A stretch of 64,000 bases of DNA from an uncultured bacterium (lineage in GTDB: Bacteria > Planctomycetota > UBA1135 > GCA-002686595). Position 1 is the first letter of the stretch. The number at the start of each line of letters is the position of its first letter. The stretch is taken from contig CALSNU010000002.1 of assembly GCA_943787795.1 (NCBI GenBank), positions 384,001 to 448,000 on the forward strand, in the 5' to 3' direction. Shown in pieces: positions 29,530 to 38,994 of this stretch. Below the pieces are notes generated by a model. It was not told the origin of the DNA and did not search any database. It saw nothing but the letters and a program-made list of their open reading frames with translations. Position numbers and translations under genes: made by a program.

Positions 29530-30720
29530 TCACGCGGCGTCCGCGTCCTCGACAGGCGTGACCCTCACCTGGACGGAGGGGCTGATCGCACCCGAGTCCG
29601 CCGAGCTGCCCAGCCGCTCCAACATGCTGACGGAGATCACGTTGCCGCGCGCAACAATGAGAGTGCCGGAGCTGGCATAGACATCCTCGTCGATGATCAT
29701 TCCGACGTGGAGCTCTCGGACGCTCATCCGCTGGACGACCCGCTCCTGGCCCGGGAGCTTTGCCGAGCCGAGGAGCTTGAGGACCCGGGAGTCGAAGCGC
29801 CCCGCGTCGCGGGCGAGGCTCGAGGCGGCTGACTCCGGTGAACGTCCACCGACCACCAGCTCGTCAAAAGCCAGCGCCGCAGAGAGCGCGCTGGCACCGA
29901 CCCGCACGGTCCTCGGCACCGGACCCAGAGCGGGATCATCCGCCCGAAGCCCCTGGTGAGCGACGATCTCTGCCACCTCCTCGAGTCGCGGGATCTTGCA
30001 CAGCAGGTCCCGTGCCACCGAGGCATGTCGACCGAGCATGCGCTCGGCGTGAGCGGAGAGCGGCTCGCCATGGGACCGCCGGTGGAGGATGTCAGGGGGC
30101 ACCGCAATGTGACCGATCTGTGAGAGCAGCGCCGCGGTCTCGAACCTCCACGAGTCCGCAAGGCCGAGGCCCGCGGCGACCTGGCCGACATAGTGCCGAA
30201 CACGGCTCGAACGCCCGAAGGTCTCGGGGCTGGAGAGGGCGAGGACCTCCACGAGCACCTCGATGCTCCCGCGGACCGTCTCCTCCAGCAGGAGGCGCTC
30301 CGCCTCGTGCAGCGCGTACTGCTCGAGGCCCGCGTCGACCGCGGTTCGGAAGGTCTGGGGCGGGCAGGGCTTGGTCAAGAAGCGGAAGATATGCCCCTGA
30401 TTGACCACCTCGATCGCGGCATCGAGGTCCGCGTTTCCTGACAGCATGAGCCGGACGGTGCTGGGCGACAGCTCCTGCGCCTGCTCCAGGAACTCGGCGC
30501 CGTTCATGTCCGGCATCTGATAGTCGCAGATCACCACGGCGAACGGCCCGTCCTGCTCGAGCGCGTCGAGACCAGCACGAGCGCCACAGGCCACCTTGAT
30601 CTCGTACGACTTGCGGTGCACCCGACGGATGCCATCGAGCAGGCTCTGCTCGTCATCTACCACGAGGATCCTCCGGCCCGAGGCGTTGCTCGAGGACGGT
30701 GCTTCGGAGTGCATTGACAT
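29530..30720 (-). CDS. Response regulator with degenerate HD/HD-GYP-like output domain
   Basis: ILVVDDE, ICDYQMP, FLTKP; output domain has LSQIG where LHDIG is canonical. Confidence 0.85.
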   Translation of the reverse strand: MSMHSEAPSSSNASGRRILVVDDEQSLLDGIRRVHRKSYEIKVACGARAGLDALEQDGPFAVVICDYQMPDMNGAEFLEQAQELSPSTVRLMLSGNADLDAAIEVVNQGHIFRFLTKPCPPQTFRTAVDAGLEQYALHEAERLLLEETVRGSIEVLVEVLALSSPETFGRSSRVRHYVGQVAAGLGLADSWRFETAALLSQIGHIAVPPDILHRRSHGEPLSAHAERMLGRHASVARDLLCKIPRLEEVAEIVAHQGLRADDPALGPVPRTVRVGASALSAALAFDELVVGGRSPESAASSLARDAGRFDSRVLKLLGSAKLPGQERVVQRMSVRELHVGMIIDEDVYASSGTLIVARGNVISVSMLERLGSSADSGAISPSVQVRVTPVEDADAA

Positions 30721-30725
30721 CGTCC

Positions 30726-31901
30726 CTAGGCGGCCTCGGCCCCTTCAGCTCCGTTGGCTTCGTTAGCCACGTCAAACCGGCGGGCGATCGCGCGCCACTC
30801 CTCCAGGCGCCCCAGCACGCCGATGCGCTGGAGGTGATCCTCATCCATCGCCTTGGTCGCACCGTCCCGTTCAGGTTGAAGCTCGTGGGCGAGCACGTCC
30901 GCCACGTGAACCGCGGTCACGACGCCAAAGCTGTCAGGCTCCGCGGCGCCGGGGTCATGGTGGTGTCCGACGGCATCGACCACGGAGAGCGGAATGCCCC
31001 AGAGCGTCAGCAGATAGGCCCCGACGCTGGCGTGAGGCGCGGCCTCGTCGCCGCTCGTGGCCTCATCACCGACCCCGACGGAGGCGAGCACGACCCTCCC
31101 GACATCGTGGAGGAGGCCCGCGAGGAAGAACCGATCCGCGAGCTCCCGGTCGTCCGTCAGTTCACGAGCGATGTTCGCCACGAGGGACCCGTGCGCCTGC
31201 TCCCGCTCCAGCGAGAACCCCGGCTGTGATGCGGCCGCGCTGAAGCGCTGGTGCACCTCGGCTGAGAGGACGAGCATCTTCACGAGGTTCATTCCGAGGT
31301 AGGACGCCGCGTCCCGAACGCTATCGACCCGCTGTGCCACGGCGAACATGCTCGAGTTCACGAGCTGGATCAGCTTGGTGCTGATTGCCGCGTCCTCCTC
31401 GATGATCGCCGCCACTTCGTTGAGGCCTGCATCGGGGTCATTCATGACCCTCGTCAGTCGGGTGTAGATCTCCGGGACCGACGGGAGCGACCCGAGCGAC
31501 CCTGCGAGCTCCCGCATCTGGTCCGTCCCCAAGGTGAGGCGCGTACGAAACGCTCGCTCGATCGCCTTCCGAAGCTCGAGTGGATTGCACGGCTTCGAGA
31601 AGGACTGGTGAGCTAGGAGCGCCGCCGGGAGCGTCGACTTCACGCCCGCTGCCCCGGTGAGCATCAGGCGAACCGTGCCGGGAGAGCGCTCCTGAACCGC
31701 CTTGAGGACGGCCTCGCCATCCATGGGCGCCATGTTGAGGTCGGTCATCACCACGTCCGTGGGATGCTCGGCCATGAATGCGAGGGCGTCCTCCCCCCTC
31801 TGGAAGTAGTGAGAGTCCCAGTCCTTCCGCGTCGAGCGGAACTGGCGCTGGATCGCGTCGAGAACCAGCTGCTCATCGTCGATGACCACGAGCCGCTTCA
31901 T
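30726..31901 (-). CDS. Response regulator with HDOD domain
   Basis: VIDDE, MTDLNM, FSKP; LPSVPEIY, LVNSSMF, GLLHDVG, HASVGAYLLTLWGIP. Confidence 0.9.
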   Translation of the reverse strand: MKRLVVIDDEQLVLDAIQRQFRSTRKDWDSHYFQRGEDALAFMAEHPTDVVMTDLNMAPMDGEAVLKAVQERSPGTVRLMLTGAAGVKSTLPAALLAHQSFSKPCNPLELRKAIERAFRTRLTLGTDQMRELAGSLGSLPSVPEIYTRLTRVMNDPDAGLNEVAAIIEEDAAISTKLIQLVNSSMFAVAQRVDSVRDAASYLGMNLVKMLVLSAEVHQRFSAAASQPGFSLEREQAHGSLVANIARELTDDRELADRFFLAGLLHDVGRVVLASVGVGDEATSGDEAAPHASVGAYLLTLWGIPLSVVDAVGHHHDPGAAEPDSFGVVTAVHVADVLAHELQPERDGATKAMDEDHLQRIGVLGRLEEWRAIARRFDVANEANGAEGAEAA

Positions 31902-33148
31902 GAGACCGCCGCCAGCTCTCGCCCGAGGGGTAGACGAATGATGAAGGTGGTCCCCACGCCGACCTCACTCTCCACGGAGATCGTCCCGTGATGCTCCTGG
32001 ACCACGACCTTGTGGGCCATCGAGAGGCCCTGCCCTGTGCCTTCACCGACCGCCTTCGTGGTGAAGAATGGGTCGAAGATCCGCTGGCGGATCTCCTCGG
32101 GAATCCCGGAGCCCGAGTCGCTCACGCGGATCTCGACGTATCTCCCGGCGTTGCGGGTGCTCAGGCGAATCACGCCCTTCTTCCCGGCTCCCTCTCCGTG
32201 CTTCTCGCGAAGGGCATAGGCCGCATTCACGATCATGTTCAGGAGGACCTGGGCGATCTCGCCCGCGTGGCAGAAGACGTGAGGGAGATCGCTGTCGAGG
32301 TCCTTCTCGATCTCCGCCACGTACTTCCACTCGTGGGACGCCACGTTGATGGTGGTCTCCAGTGATCGATTGAGGTCCGCGAGAGCCATCTCGGAGGGGC
32401 CAGAGTGCGAGAACTCCTTCATCGCCTTCACGATCGTGCTGACCCGCTGGAGGCCCTCGATGGACTGGTCGAGCGCGGTCGGGAACTCCTCGAGGATGTA
32501 ATCCAGCTCGATCTCCTCGAACAGCTCCTTCACCGCCCTCGCCTCGCGTCCACAGTCGCCGCCGGCGATCGCGGTCTCCAGCAGCTGGCGCACCTGGCCC
32601 AGCGCTGGGGCGAGCTGCTCGAAGGTGTCCTTGAGGAAGCGGGTGTTGTCACCGACGAACTGCGTCGGCGTGTTGATCTCATGGGCGACGCCCGCCGCGA
32701 GCTGACCGATGGACTCCATCTTCTGAGCGAGCAGGAGCTGCGCGTGGGTCTCCTCGAGCATGTCCGTCGCCTCACGCAGCCCCAGGTGGACCGCAAGACG
32801 TGCCTTCACCTCGCCCATGTGAAAAGGCTTCGCGATGCAGTCGCAGCCGCCCACTGCGAAGGCCCGCTCGATGTTGGCGGGCTCGGAATGGCTGGTCAGA
32901 AAGAGCACGGGAATGGCCGCGGTCTTCTCCATGGACTTCATGCGAATGCAGGCCTCGAAGCCGTCCATGACCGGCATCTGGACGTCGAGCAGGATGATCG
33001 AGGGGCGATGCTCCAGCGCCAACTCGATCGCCTTGGCGCCGTCCGCGGCCTCGATCGTCGAGTAACCCGAATTGGCGAGCGAGCGTGCGAGTAGGACCCG
33101 GTTGGTCCGATTGTCGTCCACGATCAGGATCGTCTGCTGCGTCTTCAT
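31898..33148 (-). CDS. Cytoplasmic hybrid receiver-histidine kinase
   Basis: [24 protein letters not shown]-box, [30 protein letters not shown]. Confidence 0.92.
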   Translation of the reverse strand: MKTQQTILIVDDNRTNRVLLARSLANSGYSTIEAADGAKAIELALEHRPSIILLDVQMPVMDGFEACIRMKSMEKTAAIPVLFLTSHSEPANIERAFAVGGCDCIAKPFHMGEVKARLAVHLGLREATDMLEETHAQLLLAQKMESIGQLAAGVAHEINTPTQFVGDNTRFLKDTFEQLAPALGQVRQLLETAIAGGDCGREARAVKELFEEIELDYILEEFPTALDQSIEGLQRVSTIVKAMKEFSHSGPSEMALADLNRSLETTINVASHEWKYVAEIEKDLDSDLPHVFCHAGEIAQVLLNMIVNAAYALREKHGEGAGKKGVIRLSTRNAGRYVEIRVSDSGSGIPEEIRQRIFDPFFTTKAVGEGTGQGLSMAHKVVVQEHHGTISVESEVGVGTTFIIRLPLGRELAAVS

Positions 33149-33771
33149 GCTCCAAGCCCTCCCTCGAGGAACGCAGCGACCTCGACTCGGAGCTTCTCCA
33201 GCTCCTGTTCGAGCGCGTCGATGTCGCCGCCGGCGCTCTCGTTACCGCCCGCCCTGAGATCACGCTCGAGCCGCTCTGACACGGCGCGCAGCGACTCTGC
33301 CCCAACGTTGGCGGCTGCCCCCCGAAGCTCGTGGGCGATCTCCACCAGCGCACCTGTGTCTCCTTCGGTCGCCGAGTGGGCCATTCGCGCCAGCAGGAGC
33401 GGTACGTGCTCGAGGAAGATCTCAAGCACCTCTCCAAGGAGCGCACGATCGCCCTCGAAGCGCTGGAGCGCCGAGTGAACCGCGAAGACCGTGGAGGAAA
33501 CCTCGACGGCTTGAACCGGCTCGACGGACCCGAGCAGCTCTGAGAGAGCCTGCTGGTCCCGCGAAGACATGAGTTCGGTGATGTCCGGCCATAGGGTCGC
33601 CGCACCGCCTGGGACCTGCAGGTGCCCAGCACGAATCCCCTCGTGGACCTTCGCGATGAGCTCGCGCAGCCTCTCGGTGGCCTTGGGCTCAAACCTGGAC
33701 TGACCGGCCCTCGCGCGCAGGAGCTCCGCCGACTCCTGGACTGCCCGACTGTGTTCGCTGACTCGATTCAT
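33145..33771 (-). CDS. Hpt (histidine phosphotransfer) domain protein
   Basis: ALQRFEGDRALLGEVLEIF...AHELRGAAANVGA; ATGA overlap with the next gene. Confidence 0.85.
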   Translation of the reverse strand: MNRVSEHSRAVQESAELLRARAGQSRFEPKATERLRELIAKVHEGIRAGHLQVPGGAATLWPDITELMSSRDQQALSELLGSVEPVQAVEVSSTVFAVHSALQRFEGDRALLGEVLEIFLEHVPLLLARMAHSATEGDTGALVEIAHELRGAAANVGAESLRAVSERLERDLRAGGNESAGGDIDALEQELEKLRVEVAAFLEGGLGA

Positions 33772-34043
33772 AGGGTGATGCCTGCACCGCCCGGATTAGG
33801 GGTAACCCGTAGCGCGCCTCGCAGGTTCGTGATCGAGCGTGCATGGGTGTTCCCTTTAGGAATCCCCGCGGACGGACGCTCCCGCCCCATAAGAGCGCAC
33901 TGACGGCGGGCTCGCCCTGGTGGGAGGCCTCGCCTCGGGGCAGGCTCACTCATCAGGATGAGGCCCCATCGGACGCCCCTCCGAGGGACCGTTCGAGCGC
34001 GGGAGGCTCTCGCAGGCTCGCCTCCCCGCAAGGACGCGCTCGA

Positions 34044-34099
34044 CCGTGATTCCAGAGCCGTGGTTCCAGAGCCGTGGTTCCGGGGCCGTGGTTCCGGGA
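34044..34099. repeat. Intergenic 14-bp tandem repeat, four copies (consensus ccgtggttccagag), plus a degenerate fifth
   Basis: ccgtgattccagag ccgtggttccagag ccgtggttccgggg ccgtggttccggga. Confidence 0.85.
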
Positions 34100-34252
34100 C
34101 CAGCGGCTCCGGGGGGCGCGCCTCAGCCGACAGCAGCTCCTTGTGTCAGGGCCCCGACTGGGGAGTCCCCGGGAGCGTTGACGCCGTTCGCCGGTGGAGC
34201 GCTCGCGCCAAGGGGCGCCGCGGTCAGCCCCTGCCGGGCCGGGCCCGGGCTC

Positions 34253-34522
34253 TCAGCGACCGTTCGCGTGAGAGCAGGTGAAGCACTTGTGGTAGAGCCC
34301 ACGCTGCTTCGACTGGCACTGACCCTGGGTGAGGCGGTGCTGGATCAGCGGCGTGATGCCGTCCACGCGCGTGGGACACTCCAGCGCCGGCTCAGACTTG
34401 GTCTTTGCCGCACCCAGGTCCACGTTGGACTCGAACAGTTCGGCCTGGACGGCCGGTCCTTGGTTGCTCCCGCTCATCTGTGCTGTCCTCCTGAGACGCT
34501 CGCGCTGGTCGCGCTTGGCCAC
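34253..34522 (-). CDS. Small hypothetical protein with Cys/His cluster (possible metal binder)
   Basis: GTG start preceded by GGAGG; ECP...QCQ...YHKCFTCSH. Confidence 0.55.
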   Translation of the reverse strand: MAKRDQRERLRRTAQMSGSNQGPAVQAELFESNVDLGAAKTKSEPALECPTRVDGITPLIQHRLTQGQCQSKQRGLYHKCFTCSHANGR

Positions 34523-34660
34523 GGATCCCTCCCATCACCATGGATGAATCAGCGGTCGGGGAACGATCCCGAGCGCCGACCATCGGTGCGCCGGACACGT
34601 TCTAAGGGTGACATCGGCCACGGATGCCGAGGATTGACCGAAAAATGATCCGTTCAGCGA

Positions 34661-35533
34661 TCAGGGAGCCTTCGGGCCCGCCCAGTGGCGCCGAATCAAA
34701 GCCAGAGACTCGCGCGCGGCGTCCGGTCCACGATGGCCGTCGCGGGAGAGTTCCACGGCGCCGATCCCTTCAAAACCGGATCGGAGCAGACCGTCGAGCG
34801 CGTCACCGAGGTCGAGATCGCCATCCCCCAAAGCAACATGCTGATGGAGCCCCCGAGGACAGTCCGCCAGGTGGACGTGCACCAACCTCGGCGCCCAGTG
34901 GAGGATCGTCTCACTCACCGGCTCCTCTCCGGTCACCACGCAGTGACCAAGGTCCAGGGTCAGACCGAGCTCATCGAGGGCTGGCCCGCCCCTCTCGAGG
35001 AGCGCTCCGAAGCCAGCTGGGCGCTCGATGAACATGCCGGGCTCTGGCTCGAAGGCGACCTGCACTCCCGTCCCCCGCGCGTGCTCCAGCACCCGCACGA
35101 GCCCCTCCACCAGGCGGTCGCCGAGCGGGTGGTCCGGGTCCACATCGAGGGTGCCGTCCACGTCTTGCGGCGCTGAACCTGCCCAGAGAGAGACGACGCC
35201 AGCGCCGAGATCCACCGCGAGATCCACGCAGCGGCGGTAGAAGTCGATCCGCTTGCCGCGGCCATTCGCATCCCCTTCCAGGAGCGAGGGGCGGTGCTTG
35301 CGCCGAGGGTCGAGCAAGAACCGGGCGCCGGTCTCGATCGCCACGGCGAGCCCCAGATCCTCGAGCTGCTCGCGCGTCGACGGCACCTCTCCCGGGCGCA
35401 GAAGGAAGGGGTCAAGAGCCCCGACGTCGGGGGTGATGGCCACCGCCTCGTAGCCCAGATCACTGATGAGGTCGAGCGCCTCGGGGAGCCGGTGCGAGCT
35501 GAGCCCGTTCGTGTTGTAGCCGATACGGAACAT
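34661..35533 (-). CDS. Sugar-phosphate isomerase/epimerase (xylose-isomerase-like TIM barrel)
   Basis: GYNTNG, IETGARFLLDP, FEPEPGM, TLDLGH, HVHLAD, H..LGDG, VEL. Confidence 0.85.
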   Translation of the reverse strand: MFRIGYNTNGLSSHRLPEALDLISDLGYEAVAITPDVGALDPFLLRPGEVPSTREQLEDLGLAVAIETGARFLLDPRRKHRPSLLEGDANGRGKRIDFYRRCVDLAVDLGAGVVSLWAGSAPQDVDGTLDVDPDHPLGDRLVEGLVRVLEHARGTGVQVAFEPEPGMFIERPAGFGALLERGGPALDELGLTLDLGHCVVTGEEPVSETILHWAPRLVHVHLADCPRGLHQHVALGDGDLDLGDALDGLLRSGFEGIGAVELSRDGHRGPDAARESLALIRRHWAGPKAP

Positions 35534-35544
35534 GGGCCTGCCGT

Positions 35545-36177
35545 TCAGCCCTCGCGCCGCGCCGGGTCGCCTTCCACGTCGCCCGCTTGGGCACCCGCTT
35601 GGGTATCCGCTTGGGTATCCGGGGCCTCTTCATCCTGAGCGCCGGCGTGGGGCTCCGCCGAGCCTGCCGGGCCAGACGGGCCAGCCGTCTCGCTCTCACC
35701 GAGGGGCTCCGGCGCGTCAGCCGAGGCCTCCTCTCCGGACGGCTCTCGCCGATCCAGGTCGTCGTCCGCCGACCACTCACCGCTCGCGATGATCCCCTCC
35801 GCCGGCCGAATATCGACGGAGGAGTCGTAGTACTCCTCAGCCCGCGCATGGTCGGGATCGACCGCCTCGTCGTGGTGATCTGCCTCGTCGTGGTGCTCAT
35901 CCAGGGCGGCGGGCGGAGGCGCAGACGACGCGACGTCAAAATCAGCGGCGCGCGGGACGCTCATCTCGATGTCCCGCCGCACCCGGCGAAGCTCCTCCTC
36001 GAGGCCCGTATCACGCCACATCTTGGTGACCGCGCGCCTCGCTCGCATGACGTGGGCGACCGCGCGCAGGGCCACATCGGGGAGCCGCGATCCGAAGACC
36101 ATGAGCGCTGCCGCGACGACAACGAGGAGCTCGAAGCCGTTGATCGTGCCGAAGATCGCGAGGGCCTGAGGGATCAT
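35545..36177 (-). CDS. TatA/TatB-family twin-arginine translocase subunit (TatB-like, long acidic tail)
   Basis: FGTINGFELLVVVAAALMVFGSRLPDVA followed by an amphipathic helix. Confidence 0.75.
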   Translation of the reverse strand: MIPQALAIFGTINGFELLVVVAAALMVFGSRLPDVALRAVAHVMRARRAVTKMWRDTGLEEELRRVRRDIEMSVPRAADFDVASSAPPPAALDEHHDEADHHDEAVDPDHARAEEYYDSSVDIRPAEGIIASGEWSADDDLDRREPSGEEASADAPEPLGESETAGPSGPAGSAEPHAGAQDEEAPDTQADTQAGAQAGDVEGDPARREG

Positions 36178-36314
36178 CTGCGCTCCGCTCGCCGGGCCCA
36201 CCGGACCACAACAGCCGGCACACGGAAACCCACCAGCGCGAGCGCCGCCGCGGTGATCAGGAGGAGCTCCGCCGCGTTGACGGAGCCGAGGAGTGCGAGT
36301 GAGACGGGGGTCAT
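36174..36314 (-). CDS. 46-aa TatA-like single-TM protein (absent from the ORF track)
   Basis: MTPVSLALLGSVNAAELLLITAAALALVGFRVPAVVVRWARRAERR; ATGA overlap with the tatB-like gene; TAGAAT 10 nt upstream. Confidence 0.65.
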   Translation of the reverse strand: MTPVSLALLGSVNAAELLLITAAALALVGFRVPAVVVRWARRAERR

Positions 36315-36343
36315 CTGAGCCGGGATTCTAACCGCACATCCGA

Positions 36344-37063
36344 TCAGAGCTCGAAGAGGTCAACCCTTCGAAATTCGGCCTCTGCCCCCTCGGCCTGGAG
36401 GGCGATCTGCCCCGAGGACGCCGTGCAGTCACGGCCCTGATTCACCAGCTCACCGTTGACCCAGATGTCGATGCTCCGGGCCCGGCACTCGATGGTCATC
36501 CGGTTCCATTCCCCCGCCGGGTTCTCGGCCCCATCGGTGAGGTTGATGATCCGGCGGCGCTGCCCCTCCTCGACGCCCCACTGAGTCGGGTCAGGACCGC
36601 GACGCGTCTCCATATCCGGCGTCTGGATGTCCTCACCGATGCACCAGAAGTCGCCCGCGTTCCCGTGATACATCTGGCACTCGATGGACTGCGGGAACAT
36701 CCCGTAGAGGCGACGAGGGGTCGAGCAGTGGACGAGCACGCCGCAGTTGCCCGGTTGTCCGGTCCACCGATACTCGACCTCCAGCCGGTAGTCGCCGTAC
36801 GACTCGTCGGTGATCAGGTGCCCCTGAGGGGCACCCCGGCTGACCAGGACCCCCTCACGGACGACGAACGTCGGCTCGATCTCGGGCTTGCCGTCCGCCT
36901 CCGGGACGTCCACGTGCCACCCCTCCAGGCTCTCGCCATCGAAGAGCGGTTGCGCCTCTTGAGCCCCGCTCGAGCCCCCACGGAACGACGCGCAACCTGT
37001 CAACGCGGCAGCGATCAGGAGAGCGGCAGGGAGCGCTCGAAGGCGGGGTGACTTGGCAATCAT
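36344..37063 (-). CDS. DUF1080 (3-keto-disaccharide hydrolase-like) lipoprotein
   Basis: Lipobox LTG-C; LFDGESLEGW, NCGV, GEWNRM, VNG, GQIALQAEG, EFR. Confidence 0.88.
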   Translation of the reverse strand: MIAKSPRLRALPAALLIAAALTGCASFRGGSSGAQEAQPLFDGESLEGWHVDVPEADGKPEIEPTFVVREGVLVSRGAPQGHLITDESYGDYRLEVEYRWTGQPGNCGVLVHCSTPRRLYGMFPQSIECQMYHGNAGDFWCIGEDIQTPDMETRRGPDPTQWGVEEGQRRRIINLTDGAENPAGEWNRMTIECRARSIDIWVNGELVNQGRDCTASSGQIALQAEGAEAEFRRVDLFEL

Positions 37064-37173
37064 GAGGCGTACCGAGTGGGCGGTGAAGACGGCAGGTGAG
37101 GACCCAGGGTAGCGATCAGCGACAATCCCGAACGGCACACCCCGCGAACGAGCCGAAGGCTACGCTCACGGCG

Positions 37174-37869
37174 ATGGAATCCCAGTTCGTCCTCGCCGCT
37201 GGCTTCTACGTGGTGTTCGTGCTCTCGACCGTCCTGCACGAGGCTGCCCACGCCTGGGCAGCGCTGCGCCTCGGCGACGACACGGCCCAGCGCGCCGGAC
37301 AGGTCTCTCTGGACCCGATCCCGCACATCACCCGGGAGCCCATCGGCATGGTCCTGCTCCCGATCCTGACCCTCGCCTTCATCGGCTGGCCCCTGGGTTT
37401 CGCCAGCGCGCCCTACGACCCGATCTGGGCGGAGCGCTACCCGCGCCGGGCCGGCTGGATGGCCCTCGCCGGTCCAGCAGCCAACCTGATGCTCTTCCTG
37501 CTCGCCGCCGCGGGGCTCCGCTGGGGTCTGGCGACCGGGCTCTTCCAGGCCCCCGAGGCCCTCAGCGTCTACTCCGTGGCCGAGACTGCCGGTTCCGCAA
37601 TCGGGCGCTCCTTCGCCATCTTCCTCAGCCTCGTGTTCGTCCAGAACCTGCTGCTGATGCTCTTCAACCTCATCCCCGTCGCGCCTCTGGACGGGAGCGC
37701 CGCGGCCGCCCTCGTGCTCCCCTCACGGGCCTTCGCCGCCTACTCGAGGGTGATGGGCCAGCCAGGCATGTCCATCATCGGCCTCGTGCTCGCCTGGAAC
37801 GTCTTCGACCGGCTGTTCTATCCCGCGTATCGCGCCGCGGTCGATCTCGTCTACTCCGGGGCCCTCTAG
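37174..37869 (+). CDS. Site-2 protease (peptidase M50)
   Basis: LHEAAH, LAGPAAN, FNLIPVAPLDG; multiple TM segments. Confidence 0.92.
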   Translation: MESQFVLAAGFYVVFVLSTVLHEAAHAWAALRLGDDTAQRAGQVSLDPIPHITREPIGMVLLPILTLAFIGWPLGFASAPYDPIWAERYPRRAGWMALAGPAANLMLFLLAAAGLRWGLATGLFQAPEALSVYSVAETAGSAIGRSFAIFLSLVFVQNLLLMLFNLIPVAPLDGSAAAALVLPSRAFAAYSRVMGQPGMSIIGLVLAWNVFDRLFYPAYRAAVDLVYSGAL

Positions 37870-37955
37870 CGGAGATCATCTGGCGCACAATCGCCAGCGC
37901 GCCCTGCGGGCCAAGAAACTAGACGGCAGAATTGTGGCGTCCAATGGAGCCCAAG

Positions 37956-38966
37956 ATGACGAAGACCCGCGCTGTGACTTGCCTGCTCGCCCTCTGCTGC
38001 ATCGCCCTTGGCGCGACCCCTCCTGCTGCCGCGCAGGAGGTGCTCACCTCGCCTCCGGCCAATGAGTCGGGGGTCGTCGAGGTCGACGTCTCGTTCCTCC
38101 TCGTGGACGTGATGGGCGTGTACGACGCGGAGCAAGAGATCAGCGCGGACCTCTTCTACCGGCTCAACTGGTCGGACCCTCGCCTCGCCTTCGACGAGGC
38201 GGAGAGTCGCTTCCTCAAGATGGACTCGATCTGGGCTCCGAACTTCCAGTCCACCAGCAACCGGGGGGCAAGTGAGATGCTCCCGAGGGTCGTCATTGTC
38301 GACCCTGACGGCAACGCCACGTACACCCAGCGACTCACGGGCCGCTTCGGCGCGCCGACCTACCTGGCCGACTTCCCCTTCGACCGGCACGAGATCTCCT
38401 TCCCCTTCTTCTTCGCGACGAGCGAAGGCGTGGTCGAGTATCAGGTGAGCGCCGGACCGATCGTGGAGATCTCGAGCCTGCTCGCCACACCCGACTGGAA
38501 GGTCGAAGGCGGCACGATCAGCACCGAACCGCTCTCGATCAGCGCGGCCCTCCCGCCCGTGCCGGGCGCCACCTTCACCGTCGAGGCCACGCGGATCACC
38601 TCGCACTACATCTGGAACACGATCCTCCCGCTGATCGTGATCGTGATGATGTCTTGGACGGTCTTCTGGGCGCCGCCCGCGCAGATCGCCGTCCAGTTCG
38701 GCTTCAGCGCGACGTCGATCCTCACGGTCATCGCCTACCGCTTCGCCCTCGCCAACCAGGTGCCGCCGCTGTCCTACAGCACGCGCCTCGACGTCTTCCT
38801 GAACGGCGCCTTCATCCTGGCGTTCTTCGCGCTGGTCGAGGTCATCATCACCGCCCGCCTCATCTACCGGGAGCGTGTCTCGGCCGCGGAGCGGGTCGAC
38901 CTGCACGCCCGCTGGGTCTTCCCGCTGCTGCTGGCAGGCATCGCGGTGCGCGCGTTCCTCGTCTAG
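37956..38966 (+). CDS. Prokaryotic pentameric ligand-gated ion channel (ELIC/GLIC-like)
   Basis: Signal peptide; WSDPRL, IWAP, Pro-loop LADFPFDRH; M1 YIWNTILPLIVIVMMSWTVFW; M2 TSILTVIAY; VPPLSYSTRLD; M4 RWVFP. Confidence 0.88.
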   Translation: MTKTRAVTCLLALCCIALGATPPAAAQEVLTSPPANESGVVEVDVSFLLVDVMGVYDAEQEISADLFYRLNWSDPRLAFDEAESRFLKMDSIWAPNFQSTSNRGASEMLPRVVIVDPDGNATYTQRLTGRFGAPTYLADFPFDRHEISFPFFFATSEGVVEYQVSAGPIVEISSLLATPDWKVEGGTISTEPLSISAALPPVPGATFTVEATRITSHYIWNTILPLIVIVMMSWTVFWAPPAQIAVQFGFSATSILTVIAYRFALANQVPPLSYSTRLDVFLNGAFILAFFALVEVIITARLIYRERVSAAERVDLHARWVFPLLLAGIAVRAFLV

Positions 38967-38994
38967 GGGGACTCGGCGCCCTGCGGGTGCCCGC

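Noticed and set aside
33768..34031. 87-aa ORF overlapping the Hpt start
   Set aside because: Low-complexity Arg/Pro/Gly composition, atypical codons, and it covers a likely promoter region
34044..34113. Possible mini-CRISPR (also 47537-47620)
   Set aside because: Units are 14-20 bp, essentially head-to-tail without unique spacers; no cas genes
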